A DNA stretch of 64,000 nucleotides. It comes from an uncultured Planctomycetia bacterium. GTDB lineage: Bacteria; Omnitrophota; Gorgyraeia; Tantalellales; Tantalellaceae. The notes beneath the pieces are model-generated. The model was not told the origin of the DNA and did no database searches. It saw nothing but the letters and a program-made list of their open reading frames with translations. This document shows, piece after piece, positions 1 through 15,000 of this stretch; the first letter of the stretch is position 1; every line of letters starts with the position of its first letter. The DNA lies in NCBI GenBank assembly GCA_964409365.1, contig CAYPCX010000002.1:32984-96983 (forward strand), in the 5' to 3' direction. The position numbers and the translations under genes were made by a program.

Positions 1-3000
1 CTTACCGCGGGCACCCATACCGTGGAGGTCGCCTGGGATAACAGGCATCTGCTTTCGGCGGACAACGAAATAACACTGGAGGGCCTGTATGTAAGGGACG
101 AAAGGGTGGACACGCTTTGCGATCTCGATTCGGACGGAGCGGTCACCGTTAGTGACCTGGTCCTGATGGACAGGGAAAGCCCCGCGGAGGAAGATTCCTT
201 TGAAATAACAGTAGGGACCGTGAGCACGACCACCTATTACGTGACGCGCCTCGCCGACGGACGGTACACGTTCCTCGACGATGATCCGGTCCCCGAGAAC
301 AAACTCCACTATGTCTCTGATGCGTCCGGCAGGACGGTGGAGCTGCATGACGGCAAATACGTGATCCGCCTGGACAGCTCGACCGGCGAGCTCCTCGTTT
401 CAGAACACGTGGCAGCGGACCTTAACATGGATTCCTTTGTGGATCATGCGGATGTCACGGAACTCGTGGATTCCATGGAACTTTATTCCAGGCTGAAATT
501 CGCTGTCGATTTCTCTGGCGCGGCCAGCGCGTGGGACGTCGGCATGGAAGATGGCTCCGTATCCATCACGAAAGACGATTGCCTGGCAGGGAGCCACAAC
601 GGCCGCCTTGAATATGAGTTCGCGGTGACCGAAGGAGCCGATTATATTCTGGGGATCTCGGCGAGGGATCTTGTCGCCGATAACGATGGATACAGGTTCG
701 ATATAGCGGTAACTGTGGACGGCGAGAAGAAGGGGTACCTGAGGATCGAGCAGGACACGCTCCAGTCACAGACGGACGAGATCCTGCTCACGGAGCTGGA
801 TGCCGGCATGCATACTATCGAGTTGGAGTGGACGAACGCGGCGGAACTGGGCGATACGGAGCTCGCGGAGCTTTCAGTGGAGAACGTGTACCTGCGCGAC
901 AGCAGGGCATCCGTTTCGTGCGACCTGAACGGCGACGGTATAGTGGACGGCGCCGATTCCGAAGCTTGGCAGAAAGCAAGGCCCGCTACCGCGGATACCC
1001 GTAAGGTCGTCATGGAGAAAGCCGACGGCAGTACCGAGACGTATTCGGTATTCCTTAACTTCGACGGCACGTTCAAGGTCATAGACGAATCCGGCATTAT
1101 TTATACTATAGATGAGGCCGTGCCTTATTTTATACCGGGCGAGGCTTTTGCCTATACGCTTGCGGATACGGGTCCTGAAGGCGTGGAGGTAAGGGAATAC
1201 GTTCTTGATCTTGAGGGAACGTGCGAAGTGGCGCTGGATGAGACGACCGGCCAGGTATCGATCCGCGAGCGGACCCGGTCGAACGTGAATAAAGACGGGG
1301 AAGTCGACATTACGGATCTCGGGAAGGTGCTCGAGGAGGCCGGAAAAGCTCAAGTCGTGCGTGAGGCTTCCAGATACGTCGAGCTTGGCAATGATTTTAC
1401 GGCACTTTCCGACGGCCGCATCTATACGACCACTCCCGGTGAAGGTGACGACCTGTCGGTGATCTATGACACGGCGGGACTCGCCGCGGGCACCTATGAA
1501 GTAGAACTCTTCCTGGATCCCATCCTGGACGAAACGAACGGCACGATGATACCGTACGGGTTCACGTATGAGTTCGATGTATATAGCGGCAAAGAACAAA
1601 CACAAGGCGCGTTCCTCGGAACCATAGAAGTATCGCCGTTCACGGTCTATGTCGTTGAGGAAGATGAAAGGTCTTTCCTCTCCGGCAAGCTGACGTGCAG
1701 TGTCGATGAGCCGCTTGAGAATATCACCCTTGTTTGCCGACAGTACGTGAATGATATCACTATAAGCCTGCAGAGTGTAGCGGTAAGACGGGCCGATATA
1801 GACCTTGCCGCCGATCTTACCCTGGACGGGATAGTGGATGAAGAAGACATCTTGAAGTGGCATGACCTGGCGCCGAGCGAGAAGGATATCCGCAGGATAG
1901 CGGCGGGGGCCAAGACGTACGTGGTGATAGATAAAGAGAACACGGGCGAGTATATCTTCATCGATGAGGATACGCTCGAAGACGAGGAACCTGTCACGGT
2001 CCATTCCGGATCCGGCGGTAAGCTCGTGGAGCTTGAAGGGATCGAATATGTAGTAACGGAGAACCTTGGAGGCGAGCTGCTTCTCGTGGAGCGCCGCGTT
2101 TCCGACGTGGACATGGACGGTCTTATCACGCAGTATGATGCGACTTTGATGAGGGTGAACAATTTCACCTTCAGCGAAAGAAGGGCCGGTGATGGGTACT
2201 ACACCACGGAAGGGCTTTCGTGGCAGATCGTGGGAGACGGTACGATCTCCAACGTCAATGACGACGAAAGCGCGACTTATAAGTTCGAGCTTCCATCAAC
2301 CGGCCTTTACGATTTTGAAGCGGGCATCCGGGGAGTGGTTGCCGGCCACAGGTTCCTGGTGAGAGTTTTCGACAACGCGGTCTACCTCGGGGATATGGTC
2401 ATTGACATAGAAAGCACTTCAAGCGGGAATGTCGGCGTGCTGGGCGGCATCCAGCTCGGAGCGGGAATTCACGAAATACGGCTTGTCTGGGGCAACGACG
2501 ATGATTTTGAGGATACCGAGACGATAACGATAGAAGATGTAGTCGTGCGCAATACCCGTGAAGACCTGAGGTGCGATATCAACGACGACCGCGTCGTTGA
2601 CGAGGAAGATGTTATCGCCTGGTACGATTCGGCGCTCAGGGAAGGATATGTGAGGAAGGTCCCGATCGTTATAGGGATCACGCCGCATGACTTCCTCGTA
2701 GCTTACTGCGGCGACGGGATCGTAACGGTATATGAAGTGGGTCACGATCCGGTGGTGAGCCATGAAGGCATAGTCGAGCTGTACGGTGAGGAGTTCATGG
2801 CCCTCCCGGCGGATAACGGTGAAGTGGAACTTGCAAGGCGCGAAGCGACAGATACCAACGCCGACGGGACGGTCGATACTTTTGACCTGGCGGAGATCCT
2901 GGAAAGAACAGGGCTTACTTCGGGAGATGACGATTACAGCGGCCGTTTTGACCTGGACGGGGACCTTGACATAGACAGGGACGATATGATCGCCTGGCAG

Positions 3001-6000
3001 AACCTTACGCCGGACACTGCCGGGACCAGTGAGCTGGAGGTCGAGATAGACGGCACGCCGTATGCCTACGGAGTGGTGGAACACGCGGACGGCAGTTTTA
3101 TATTCTATGATCGCGATACCTGCGCTTTCGTGGCGGAAGCCCTGGAAAAGTCGGTCACTCTTGAAGGCAAGGATTTCATCATTCTTACCAGCATCGCGGG
3201 CGGGTTCTCTATAGTGGAAGCCAAGGCGCAGGATATAAACCTTGACGGGACCGTGGATGGAAGGGACAAGGATATCATCCTTTCCAACCTCGGCCTGGAA
3301 GAGGTCGGCGAGCTTTACCGCGCCGATCTCAATAGCGACAATGTCATAGACAGGGAAGACCTCCTCGTGTTCAACGAGCTGGTCCCGGTAGTCGACCGGA
3401 TGCAGCTTGTGAACATGAACGGCGAGGATTTCTATGCCGAATATAATGAGGACGGTAGATTCACTGTGAAGGAGACGGATCTTTCCGAGACTTATACCAG
3501 TGACGAAGATGGTCTTGTCACGATTGGGACCCGGGAATATTTATTCATGACGGTGAGCGGCAGGATAACGGCCGGCGAGGTCTACAGGTGCGATGCCGAT
3601 GCCAACAATATCCTTAACAGCATGGATACGAATACTGTCACGTACGCTTTGGGGTCAGGTCATATCGAACCGGTGGTCATAGGCGAGTGGACGACAGAAT
3701 TTTCAGGGGAGTTCGCCTTTGATATAGACGCCAGTACCTCGGGTTATTACAACGTGGGGCTTGAAATAGCCGCCATGGAAGTGGAAGAAGGGGAAGAGGC
3801 GGAATTCATACCCATGGCCGTCAAGGCCACCCTGGTGCCTTCCGTCGGCGAGGAAAAACTCCTCGGGTATTTTGACGTTCTCCCGAGAGCGGACGCCTCC
3901 GCGCAGGGCAAACTAAGCATCGCGCAGGGCATGTTCACCACCGGCACACAGACGGTAAGGTTCGAATGGACCAATGCCGCGCATATGGACCCGGTGAAGA
4001 TCGAGAAGGTCTTCGTGGAGGATTCAAGATACGCTATAGGCGCGGATCTCAACCAGGACGGTTTCGTGAACGAGGTAGACCAGAGGATACTCCAGACAGA
4101 GAGAACCGCCTCATCCGGCGGGATAGTGGACCTCTATGATCCGACCGTGTCAGATCCCGGTCCGGACGATAAGAACGAATATACGGTGACGACGGATACG
4201 AGAACAGGATCAAGCGGGGATTATACTACCTATATATTCACTGAAGGCGTCTTTTCGACCGAGTCGGATGAGTACGGCCGGGTAACGCTCGGCGCCGGAA
4301 ATTACGAATTCCTCGTGATCGAAAAAGACGGGGAAGTTATCCTTACAAGGCAAACGAGGGAATTCCTCGCCGAGGAAGACGCGCTTGTCTTTGCCTGCGG
4401 GAAGGCCTATCTCTACGATGACGAGACCGGGGTGTTCACCGATGTCGAGACGCCCGGCGATACAAGAGAGGTCACTGACGGCATCGTCGAGCTGGGAGAC
4501 GCTCATATCAAGTATTACGTTATCGAGGAAGCCGGCCAGGTAGTACTCAAAGAGGTCCAGGATACCGGCGCCGTAACGGCGAATGATATCATCCGCATAG
4601 AGGACAGCACGGATTACTTTGAAGATGCCGGCAGTCTCACGATAGGCGGGACCTACACCACGCCGGGTTCGGTGGTCTATGACGTGAGCGAGACGGCGGA
4701 GGGCCAGATAGTGCTGTCGCTGCACGTCGACCGGCACGGGCCCGAAGAGGACAGGTACCTGTTGGTCGAAGGGGAGATCTATCTTGTAGAAGGGAGTGCC
4801 GGAGCATACACTATTACCGCTATTACAGGGGGCCCGGATCCGGTCGTGGATAATGATGCTTCCAAGGTCGCCATAGGCAGCGAAGAATATGACATAGAAA
4901 AACTGGACGCCCAGCGCATCAAACTGACAAGAAGGGTCGACGCGGCAAGGTCCATAGCAGGGCGCATTATAAAGGTGGGCGAGGCGTTGTACACGATAGC
5001 CGCGACCACCGGCGGGGAACATGACTTCGTGAACTTGATGAACAGCTCCGATTTCACCACGAGCGTCCAGCACGAGGTCATGCTCGGCGGGACGATCTAT
5101 CTCGTGGAAAAGGGCGCGGAAGGCGAGCTGGTACTCCGACGGAAGTTCGATTCCGCGGTCGAGGAGGAAGACGCGCGGCTTGTAAGATTCGAGGATCACA
5201 CCTACGAGATCCAGGGTGTTGAAGGAGATTATACGGCCGTTGCCATCCAGGGAGGCGCTTACACCGTCGAGGTGAACAATATCGACAACACCGTGACCTT
5301 TGAGGACGAGACGGAGACCCTCCATGAATTCAGGATAGTGAAGCTCGAGGGAGAAGAAAAACTGGCCCTGGTCGAGGTATCCGCCGAAGCCGCCTCAGAG
5401 GATGCGCGCCTGGTGGATATAGACGGCGAGTATTACCTCTTGGATGAGACGCTCCCCGGAGAGTACACCATATCGGCATACAGCCACGGGGCGCTTGAAC
5501 CCGCGGAAGAGAACGGCCTCTTCATAATAGGAGAAGGTTCCTATGCGACCAGTGTCGATGAGGGCAAGATCATTTTGATAGAAGTGCCGAATGAGGTGGA
5601 AAAGGATGCTGACGCTTTCGTCGTCATCGAGGGTGGTGTCTATACCACGGAAGTGGACGGAGGCGGGGATTTCTCGCTCACGTTCATCGCGGGCGTCGAT
5701 AAGTCACCTGTTATAGATAACGAATACAGCACGGTAACGATGGATTCCGGCGCCGGGAACGTATACAGGATATGGGAAGATCCGGTGACGCTCGAGATAA
5801 ACCTGGAACCATACGTGACATCGAGCACGCCCGAGGAAGAGGAAATAGTCGCCGCCAGTTACGGCGAAGGATATACCGCGCTTTACAAAGCCGAGTTCTC
5901 GACGAACGGCGACGTCCTGTCGTTCGCTCCGGTAATGACCACGGAGGCCACTACCGTCACGTCCGTGCCGGACCTTTCGGTGGAATTCGAGACCCAGATG

Positions 6001-9000
6001 GCAACGATGACGGTCGACGGCACGGAGATCCTGTACGAGATAACGGTGGACGGCGCCTCGGGAGCGGTCACCCTCTCCATGGAACCCGAAAGAAGCACTA
6101 CGACGTATAACCAGAGGATAGAACTGGAGGGCGTGGTCTACGATGTCATCAAGGAAGTCGACGGATACACCATGATCTCGGGAGACAACGTATACACGAC
6201 CGGTTCCTACACCGCGATCACCGTTCTCGGCAAGGATTACGACATATTCACCGATCCGGACACGGAAGATATACGCCTGAGTGAGAAACCGGAAGAAGCG
6301 AGTTCCCAAGTCGGCGAGGTAATGTCGAGCGAGATTACAATAGGAAGCGTCTATACCACTGATACCGACAGCATAACTATAGGGGAAGAGACGTTCACTG
6401 TCGCCCCGGTAAATTTTGGAGCGCTTTCGGCCGAACATACCACCCAGCTCACCCAGAGTATAGGGGATTACGGCTCCGGGCGGGTCAGGGTGGCACTGGA
6501 CAGTTTCGGCAATATTTTTGAATACCTGGACGAGGATCACGACGAGATGGGCCGCGGCCGCGAAACACTGGTCTATCATAAAGAAACGGATACCTATGTT
6601 ACCTACGCCTGGGACGCCGCCCAGGTAACGGTTGACGTGTATTCCGGGGAATACACGAATCAGGGCGAGGACCTCCTGGTGGACGTCACATTGACGGAGC
6701 GGAGGGCGACATACGTCTATGATGGCACATACACGACCAACCTCGACCCTGCCACGAACGGCTGGGTGATAAGGACAGCTGCCGCTTATTCAACGAACGG
6801 CGTGTATACCACACTGGCCCGTGAATATGACGGGACAGGACGTCTCGCGAAAGAGACCAGGCCCGACGAAGACAGGTATTATCTATATCAGTATCACGCT
6901 TCACCAAATGAGTCGGTCGTAAGCGTGATGGAAGAGTATGAGCTCAGCACGGATGAGCTGGTAAGAGAAGAGGAATACCTGACAACGGGTCGGATGACCA
7001 CCAGCACGGCGGGCGGGTTGACCGCGGGATACTATACCACCGGAGCTGGAGCGCTTATCAGGAAGGGTATTTATACCACCGGTGACGTCCGCGAATTCCT
7101 GGAAGAGGATTTTGAGACAAGCTCATCCGGCAGGACGGTCCTGGAATATGACGCCGAATACACTACTTACAGGACATATGAGTGGTCTGGCGATACGGTC
7201 AAGGTAGAGGTGTTCGCCGGGGAATATACCACCGGCCTGTGGGATGAGCTCTGGAACGACGTCGACGAGGCCGAACGTATGACCACGTACATATATGAAC
7301 ACAACAGTAACCAGACGGATACGGACTTGGATACCAACGGCTGGGTCATAGTGAAAGAGGTCGTTTATGACGCCGACGGCAGCACCGTAATGGAATCAAA
7401 GACATTTGACGCGGAAGGGCGCCTTGCCAGGGAAGAGGAAATAGCCGGGGCCCTTTACACGACCTATTCGTATCACCCGACCGGCGGTTACACCACGAGC
7501 AAGAGGGAATACGACAGCGAAACAGGGTTCATCAACAAGTTCTTCCAGTATGACGACCAGGGCCAGATGATCGGTGACTACACGTCCCTGGCCCAGGCGG
7601 ATTACACCAATTACGCGGGATCCGGCAGGCTCATGAGGAGAGTAGTGGATTATGGGGCCATATACGAGTATTACGACGAGGACCATGATGAACTCGGGTT
7701 CGGCAGGGTGATGATCGCGTTCGATCCGGATACGGACACGTACAGGAAGTACAGCTGGAGCACGGACCTTGTCGTGGTGGACGTATACAGCGGGGAATAC
7801 ACCGTTCAGCCGGGAGACGCCGCGGGAGCGGGTATCGTCCTGTCCGAGCGCGTCGCCACATACACCTATTACCATGACCAGGAGAATATCAACCTCGATC
7901 CGGACTCCAATGGCTGGACATTGAAGAGCGCGACGGAATACCAGGCCGGCGGCGTGAGCCTCCAGGCGAAACAGGTCTATGACGCCGAAGGCAGGCTGAC
8001 AGGTCGCGAAGACCTTGCCGCGGGCAAAAAGTACAGCTACGAATATCATACCGAAAGCACGGGCCTGGGGCACACGATCTCGTCCATTAAAGAAAGGTAT
8101 ATTGTTACCGATATCCTTACCGACACGTTCGAGTATAGCGCCTCCGGTAAACTGACGATCCATACGGAAGCCGGTACGGGTGAAGTGGCCGAATATCATC
8201 CGGGATCGGGATTCCTCAAGAGAGAGACTTCGGACGGCAAGGTCTTTGAGTATCTCGAGGAAGATCACGACTCTCAGGGTTACGGGAGGGTGACACTTGT
8301 CTATGATATTGCCGGCGAGACCTATTCCACCTATGACTGGGACGCTGAAACGGTGACGGTAACGGTTTATACGGGCGTATATACGGTCGAAGCGGGAGAC
8401 GGATCGAGGGCCGGCGTGGTAGGATCGCAGAAGGCCGAGCAAAAAGTGTTCGACCACAACGGAGAAATGGTAGACCTTAACGTCCTGAGCAACGGGTGGG
8501 AGCTTGAGGAGAAGACGGCAGAGAACGAGAACGGCTACGCGGTAACTTATTTCTATGACGCGGAAGGAAGGATCGCGAAGAAAGAGATGCTGGACCTCGC
8601 CAGCGGCGCGTATTCCACATACGTCTATCTGTATCACGGATCTCCCGATGAGGTAATGGTGGACTCGGAATACGAGTTCACGTCCATGGAACCGCCGGTC
8701 CTGGAATGTGTCCGCGAATACAGTAACGAAAGAACGTTCATCTTCACCAATGATTCAACGGGTGAGGCGTACACGAGCACGTTCGATAATATGCTTAACA
8801 TAGAGGGCATGCTGTATGACCTGGCGTTCGATGCCGCCAGCGGCATGCTCGAGGTCCGGGAGAAGGGTATCGAGGTCAACGACAGGACATATGAATATGT
8901 TTTTAACGGCGATGACGAGACCTACGTATTCACCGATATCGAAGAAGGCACTTCATACGTGAGCACTGTCTTTACGACCGCGGCCGATTGTTTCGTGAAC

Positions 9001-12000
9001 CTGGCGGACAGCCTTTTCATCATAGAAAGAAATGAAGACATGACGATAGGCCTCAGGGAAAGGACGGTGTCACTGGGTGCGGCTGATTATAATATTTCAC
9101 GGAAAGCCAACGGCGATTACGTTTTCGAGGACAGGGTGGACGGGACGAGGTATACAAGCATCGACGTGGACGGCACGGTGGTCGTCGTGATCGGAGGGAC
9201 CATGTTCGAGGTGCTGACCGATGAGGAAGGCGCCGTGAGCATCAGGCAGCTCCCCAAGGCTGATATAAACGCGGACGGGCTTGTGAACGAAGACGACAGC
9301 GCCGCGCTTTCCGAGATCATTGCGCTGCAGGAGATGATAGATAAGGCCGACATGAGCGGGGACGAGGAAGTGGATTTCGAGGACTGGTCAAGGCTTAATA
9401 CGGTCATAGATGTTTACGAGAACCAGGACGAGATGCTCGAGATCGACCTGGCCAATAAAGAGCTCCTGCAGGACATGGCCAATTATGCCTATAACTCTTA
9501 CCTGCAGAACAAGGCCCTCGAGTTCGATTACAGGGTGAACGAGAGTGACACCAGCTGGCTTAAACAGGTCTATCCGCTGCACGGGGGCGATTTCACCACG
9601 ACCTATCTGGACTACGTGAATAACGGTTATATAGAAGCGCAGGATGTCCAGGACTTCCAGGAAGCCCTGAACTCGCTTGACGTGCTGTTCGATTTCACGC
9701 AGGACGGCGTAACGGACGAAGAGGATATCCAGTGGCTCGAGCTCCTCCTCGAGCTGAAAGATGAGTTTTACGCCTATGAAGCCAAGAACAGCGTTACGAA
9801 CGCCGCCATGTTCCTGCAGAACGCCATGGACGCGGCGGACATAAACAGTGACGGCAGGGTAGATGAAAAAGACCAGGCCATAATACTTAACAGTTACGAT
9901 AATTATCTCCAGAACGACCTTTCCGGTGACGGCGTGGTGAACACGACGGATGTGGACCTGGTCCGCGCGCTGTACGAGACCATATGGCCGGGCGCGTATG
10001 ACGAGAGCGCGCCGCTTATGTGGCCGGATTCGACCTCGCGCAGCGGGGAATCGGTCCTCGCGCGCAGGATCTACGCGTCGAGCTGCCAGATGGACGGTTT
10101 CACCGGGTCCGTGGACAGGAAAGCGGCCCAGGCAGATACGGAAGGCGCTTCGTTAACGTATACGTTCGAGCTGGAAGATACCGATGATTATTTCGTGGGG
10201 CTCTCGGCGAGGAACATAGAGGGCCAGGCCCTGGACGAAGATTTCAGGTATCTGGTCTGGATATACGTTGATGACGTATTTATCGAATCGCTTCTCGTGG
10301 ACTCCTCATCCGACAGGTACGCGGAGAATTCGGTATCCATACCTTTTACCAAAGGCACGCACGAAGTGAAGTTCGTCTTCAAGAACACCTCGGGTATAAG
10401 GCCGGTAGAGGCAAGGGACATTTACGTGAACCGTTCCGGCTTCCAGCTTACCAATTTCGATACCGACCGTGACGGGGAGATAACCGAGCATGACGCGGAG
10501 ACGCTCGAAGCGCTCATTGATACCTATGACATCAGCGGTGATGATGTCGTGGACGATATCGATGTGGATTATGTCAGGGGGCTTGAAGGCAAGACCGATC
10601 TGGACGCAGGGTTCGACGACAGGGTGGATTTCAATAACGATAATGTCATAGACGCGAAAGATACCGCGATCATGGAAGAGGTCATAGACGAGAACGATAC
10701 CAGCAATGATGGCAAGCTCGGCAACAACCTCGACCCGCAGTTCAACGACGTGGACAGGATCCGCGACATAGCCCTTTACTATATGACGGAGAAAGCGTAC
10801 GAGAAGATCTCGGGCAAGTATCTCCTGGACTTCAACGGTGACAGCGAGATAGACCTTCAGGATGCCGATTATTACGTGGACGCGCTGAGCGTCCTGGACC
10901 TCACCGGCGACGGTTACATAACCGACGCGGACAGCGTCATGCTGGGCAAGATAATCACCATGTTCGAGTATGATATCTCCGAGGACGAAGTGGAAAGGGC
11001 CGACATCACCGGCGAGATCACCTTCACCGTCACCGATGGGACAAGCCGGACGGCGATAAACCGCGGCGATGACCTGGTAATAGACGGTATCGATTTCATG
11101 AGCCTGTTCGACGCGGATGAACGCACAGTGGATATTATCGAGACGTTCGACGAAAGCCGGATAACCGACGGTACGGCTGTGAGCCTTAACGGCGAGATCT
11201 ATCTCATCATGGAGGACGAACAGACCGGTCTATTTACGGTAACCGATGGCGAGAAAGAGTACGTCGCGGACGAAGAAGGAGAATTTGAGATAGGGATGCG
11301 CACGTACGTTGTAGGAAGAGACCCGGCAACGCAGGTCGCTTACATCGCGCTTAAAGAGATACGCAGCATACCGGTGGGCAAATACGCGATCGAAGTGGAA
11401 GGCAAAGAATACGTGGTCTCGGCGGACAGCAAACAGGGCGAGTTCATCTTCGATGACGGCCTCAGGCAGTACGCCTCGAATCCCGCGACGGGCAAGGTAA
11501 GGCTGAACGGCCTGTTGTACTCGATAACAGAGGATGAAGAAAATGATACTATTACGCTGGCCAGGGAAGATATTGCCGGCGTTATCAACGGAGGCGTGTG
11601 CGCCGTGGACGGCCAGGAATATCTCTACAGTTTTGATACTACCACTAACGCGCACGTATTCACGGCGGAGGACGGACGCCTGTTCAGAAGCGAAACGGGC
11701 AGCGATGTAGTCCTCCTGGACGGCGTGGCGTTCGAAGTGAACGGGGCGAAGACGGCCCTGACCGAACTCTTTTCCACCGGGAAGATCGCCGACGGCGCCG
11801 TGAAGGTCGGCGCCATAGAATACCTGATCGTCAAGAACGCCGACAATACCTATACCGTAACGGACGGCGCGAAGACTTTTCTGAGCGACGCGCCCGGCGA
11901 AGAAGTAGTGATAGAGGGGTACGCGTATATCATCCTGGAAGACGCCGGGACGGGCCAGATATCGCTCGAGGCGAAAGGCAAAGAGAGCACCGCGCTCGCG

Positions 12001-15000
12001 GACGAGGTAATAGAGGTAGTGGAAGAATACCAGGGCATCAGGACCAGGGGAACGCAGTACAGCGTGACTAGAAATGCACAAGGCCGGTACGAGTTCTCCT
12101 GCGCTTCCAGGACGTATACGAGCTTCAACGAAAGTGGAACGGAGTATATAGACCTGAAAGAGTACCGCTACGTGGTCACTGAGGATGCTTCGGGAGACGT
12201 CCAGCTCGAGTATATCAAGCCCACCCTTGACGGGACTCCGGTAGCTACTTCACTCGAAATGGTCGCCAAGAAGGTAGCCGACGAACTTATCGCCATTGAC
12301 GGAACGGAATACATGATAAAGGTGACCGGTACGAGCGGCGGTTACACGACATACGCGGTCACCAGGGGAGACTGGAGCGGCGAGTTCACCACCACAGCGG
12401 TAATAAACGGAATAAATTATAATATCCAGGAGACCGACGGGAGTATCAAGCTTGTCCTTGAGGCCCCCGAAGTGGACCCGGCATACCTGGCGCTCGAGGT
12501 GCTCAAGCTCGAGAATGGGACCACCTGTTACGTGACGTACGACGGCGCCTACAGCGCACTGGACGCGCCGGACGGGATGCCGCTGGATATGAGCGGATAC
12601 ACGGCAGCGGCCCTTTCCGACGGGAGCGCGAGGGTCCTTTATGTCAAGGATAAGATAGCGGCGGGATATACCACCGAGAGTTCCGCCAACAGCGTAGTCT
12701 CTGTGGGAGGAAGAATATTCGACATATTTACGGACGCCGATGAAAGTATAGACCTCCTGTTGAATGGATGCACCTATGCGGAAGGCATGGGCGTCTATTC
12801 GACCGTCGAGATAGACGGCATCGAGTACGAACTTGTCGAGGGTGCCGAGGGCGAGCTCGCGCTTGTTTCCGTTACGATGAGCTCTTATGATCTCGGCGCG
12901 CAGTGTATCCTGCTTGGAGGAGACCTGTACGCCGTTACGAGGGACGCCGGGACGGGAAATTTCACGGTAGATAACGGTATCGATTCTTACATCAGCCACA
13001 GGCTTAAAGTTCTCGCGGCCAGCGGCGAGCTGGACGGCGAGCCCACGTATTCCGGCGCGGCGCGTACGAACCTGATCAATATCTCCGGCAACACGTACGC
13101 GGTGGAAAGATATCCCGATTCGGACCTCTTCGCGCTCGAGGAGCTCCACCTTGAAAGCGAGCTCATCTTCAGCTCCGGCCAGGTAAAGGTTGACGAGATA
13201 GCTTACCGCGTAAGTTACGACTTTAACAGGGATATCTACACGTTCGAGAACGCGTCGACCGGCGAGGTCTTTGAAAGCGATGACCTGCGCAGGACCGTAA
13301 GGCTTGAGGGAAACGCGCTGTATGACATCTACGTCCACCCGGTCTCAAAAGTTATCACGCTTACGAAGGTGCATACCGCCGAGGCCAGCCCGGACACGCC
13401 GATAGAGGTGAACGGTAAGACTTACATGGTGAGGAAACGCGGCGCCCAAACGTGTAACTTCATCTACATGCCGGACGGCGAGAACGAGGACACCAGTACG
13501 GTCTATTACAGCTACATAATGTTCGGGGAGCACCTTGTGGATATAGACGGCAGGACATATGAAGTGACCGTTACCACCGACGAGACCGAGGGCGAGACCG
13601 TGCGGCTCGACGAAAGGGACGAATATGATTCTTCCCCGATAGTCGCCGGTCAGGGCTCTGTCGAGATAGACGGCAAGGACTATGACGTGGAACTCCTGGC
13701 CCAGGGCGGCTATACGACTTACAAGTTCACTTACGATGACGGGATACATGATCTGAAGGTCTGGTACAGTGACGCCAGATCCGAGGAGGATAGCTGGGCG
13801 CTCCTCCGCATAGATACGGTCCGGTACGAAGTGAGAGAGATAGAGGAAGGCGGGGTCCTCAAGATCAACCTCACCAGGAGCTTCTCCAGCGCGCCGGACG
13901 AGCCGCCGATAAGATTGAGCGGGACGCTTTACAACGTGACCTACGATTACCTCACCGGAAGATACGTGTTCGATAACGGGTATGATCTCTACCAGAGCTC
14001 CGATGAGAGGGACGAGGTGGAGATAGGAGAGACGAGTTACACGATCGCCAGGGATCCCGAGACGAATTCCCTGAAGCTTTCCGAGGTTGATCCGCAGGAT
14101 GTGGAGTTCACCTCCTCCTACACGAGAAGCATGGTCACATTGAAGGACGGCATTACCTATTCCATCCTCCGGACAAGCGACGGTAAGATCAAACTTTCGA
14201 CCACCGGCGCCAGTTACGCAGAGGATACCCAAGGCCGCGTGCAGGTCGAAAACGACCTTTACATGATAAGCGATACCGCGGGCGGGGAGCTCCTTTTCAG
14301 CAGGATCACGGAGAGCGAGACGGTCGAAGGCATGCTCCTGGAGCTCGGGAATTCGTATATTGCCGTCAGGTCGGACGACAACGAGGAAGTGGACGAGGCG
14401 GACATTACCGCCCTCGAAGAAGCCTACCAGAGTTTCAATGCGCTGGATTACAACGGCGACGGCATCCTGGATAAGAGCGACATCGACGCGATGATAAGGG
14501 AGCTCGAGGAAAAACATGCCGAAGTTGCCGATCTTGAGGAGAAAGCGGAGGAAGTGGATGACGTGTACAGGCGCATATATTCTTCGCCGGTATACCGGGA
14601 AGATATTCTCCAGGCCGTGGATTTCGACGGTGACGGATATCCGGACGAGGATGACAGGCTTACCTATGAAGACACGATAGAGAAGTTCAACCTGATGGAC
14701 CTGAACGCGCTTGAAAGGCCGGAAATGGAGGTCATGGAAACGGACACCGAAACGACCATTTACGGCAAAGATTATGATGTAAGCTATGACGGTGTGGAAG
14801 AGAAGTTCATCCTCGAGCGCAAAGATGGCGGCTACAGCACCGAGGTCTCGAACGGCGACAGCGTAGTGTTCGAAGAAACGCAGATAAGCTACACGGCCGC
14901 AGTAGGTGACTATACCACAGATGAGGGGACCATAAAGAGACTTATCCTTACCAGGGATACCGCTTTTGTGGCCGCGGGATATACTACCTCCAGTCCGGCG

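Noticed and set aside
1-120. Calling a translation start at the left edge or a signal peptide
   Set aside because: The window begins mid-domain, at the C-terminal strands of a CBM-like module ('LTAGTHTVEVAWDN...'). The real N-terminus is upstream and cannot be assessed.
5772-6110. Plus-strand ORFs in frames 2 and 3 from the track. Examples are 5772-6110, 46316-46591, 38801-39103 and 40581-40913.
   Set aside because: They are out-of-frame overlaps of the giant frame-1 ORF. Their products are Arg/Pro/Gly-rich nonsense typical of off-frame GC-rich translation.
6481-8680. Rhs/polymorphic-toxin cassette
   Set aside because: YD repeats are present, but I saw no Rhs core, no DPxGL cleavage motif and no downstream toxin or immunity pair. 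I interpret the repeats as structural, not as a toxin-delivery system.
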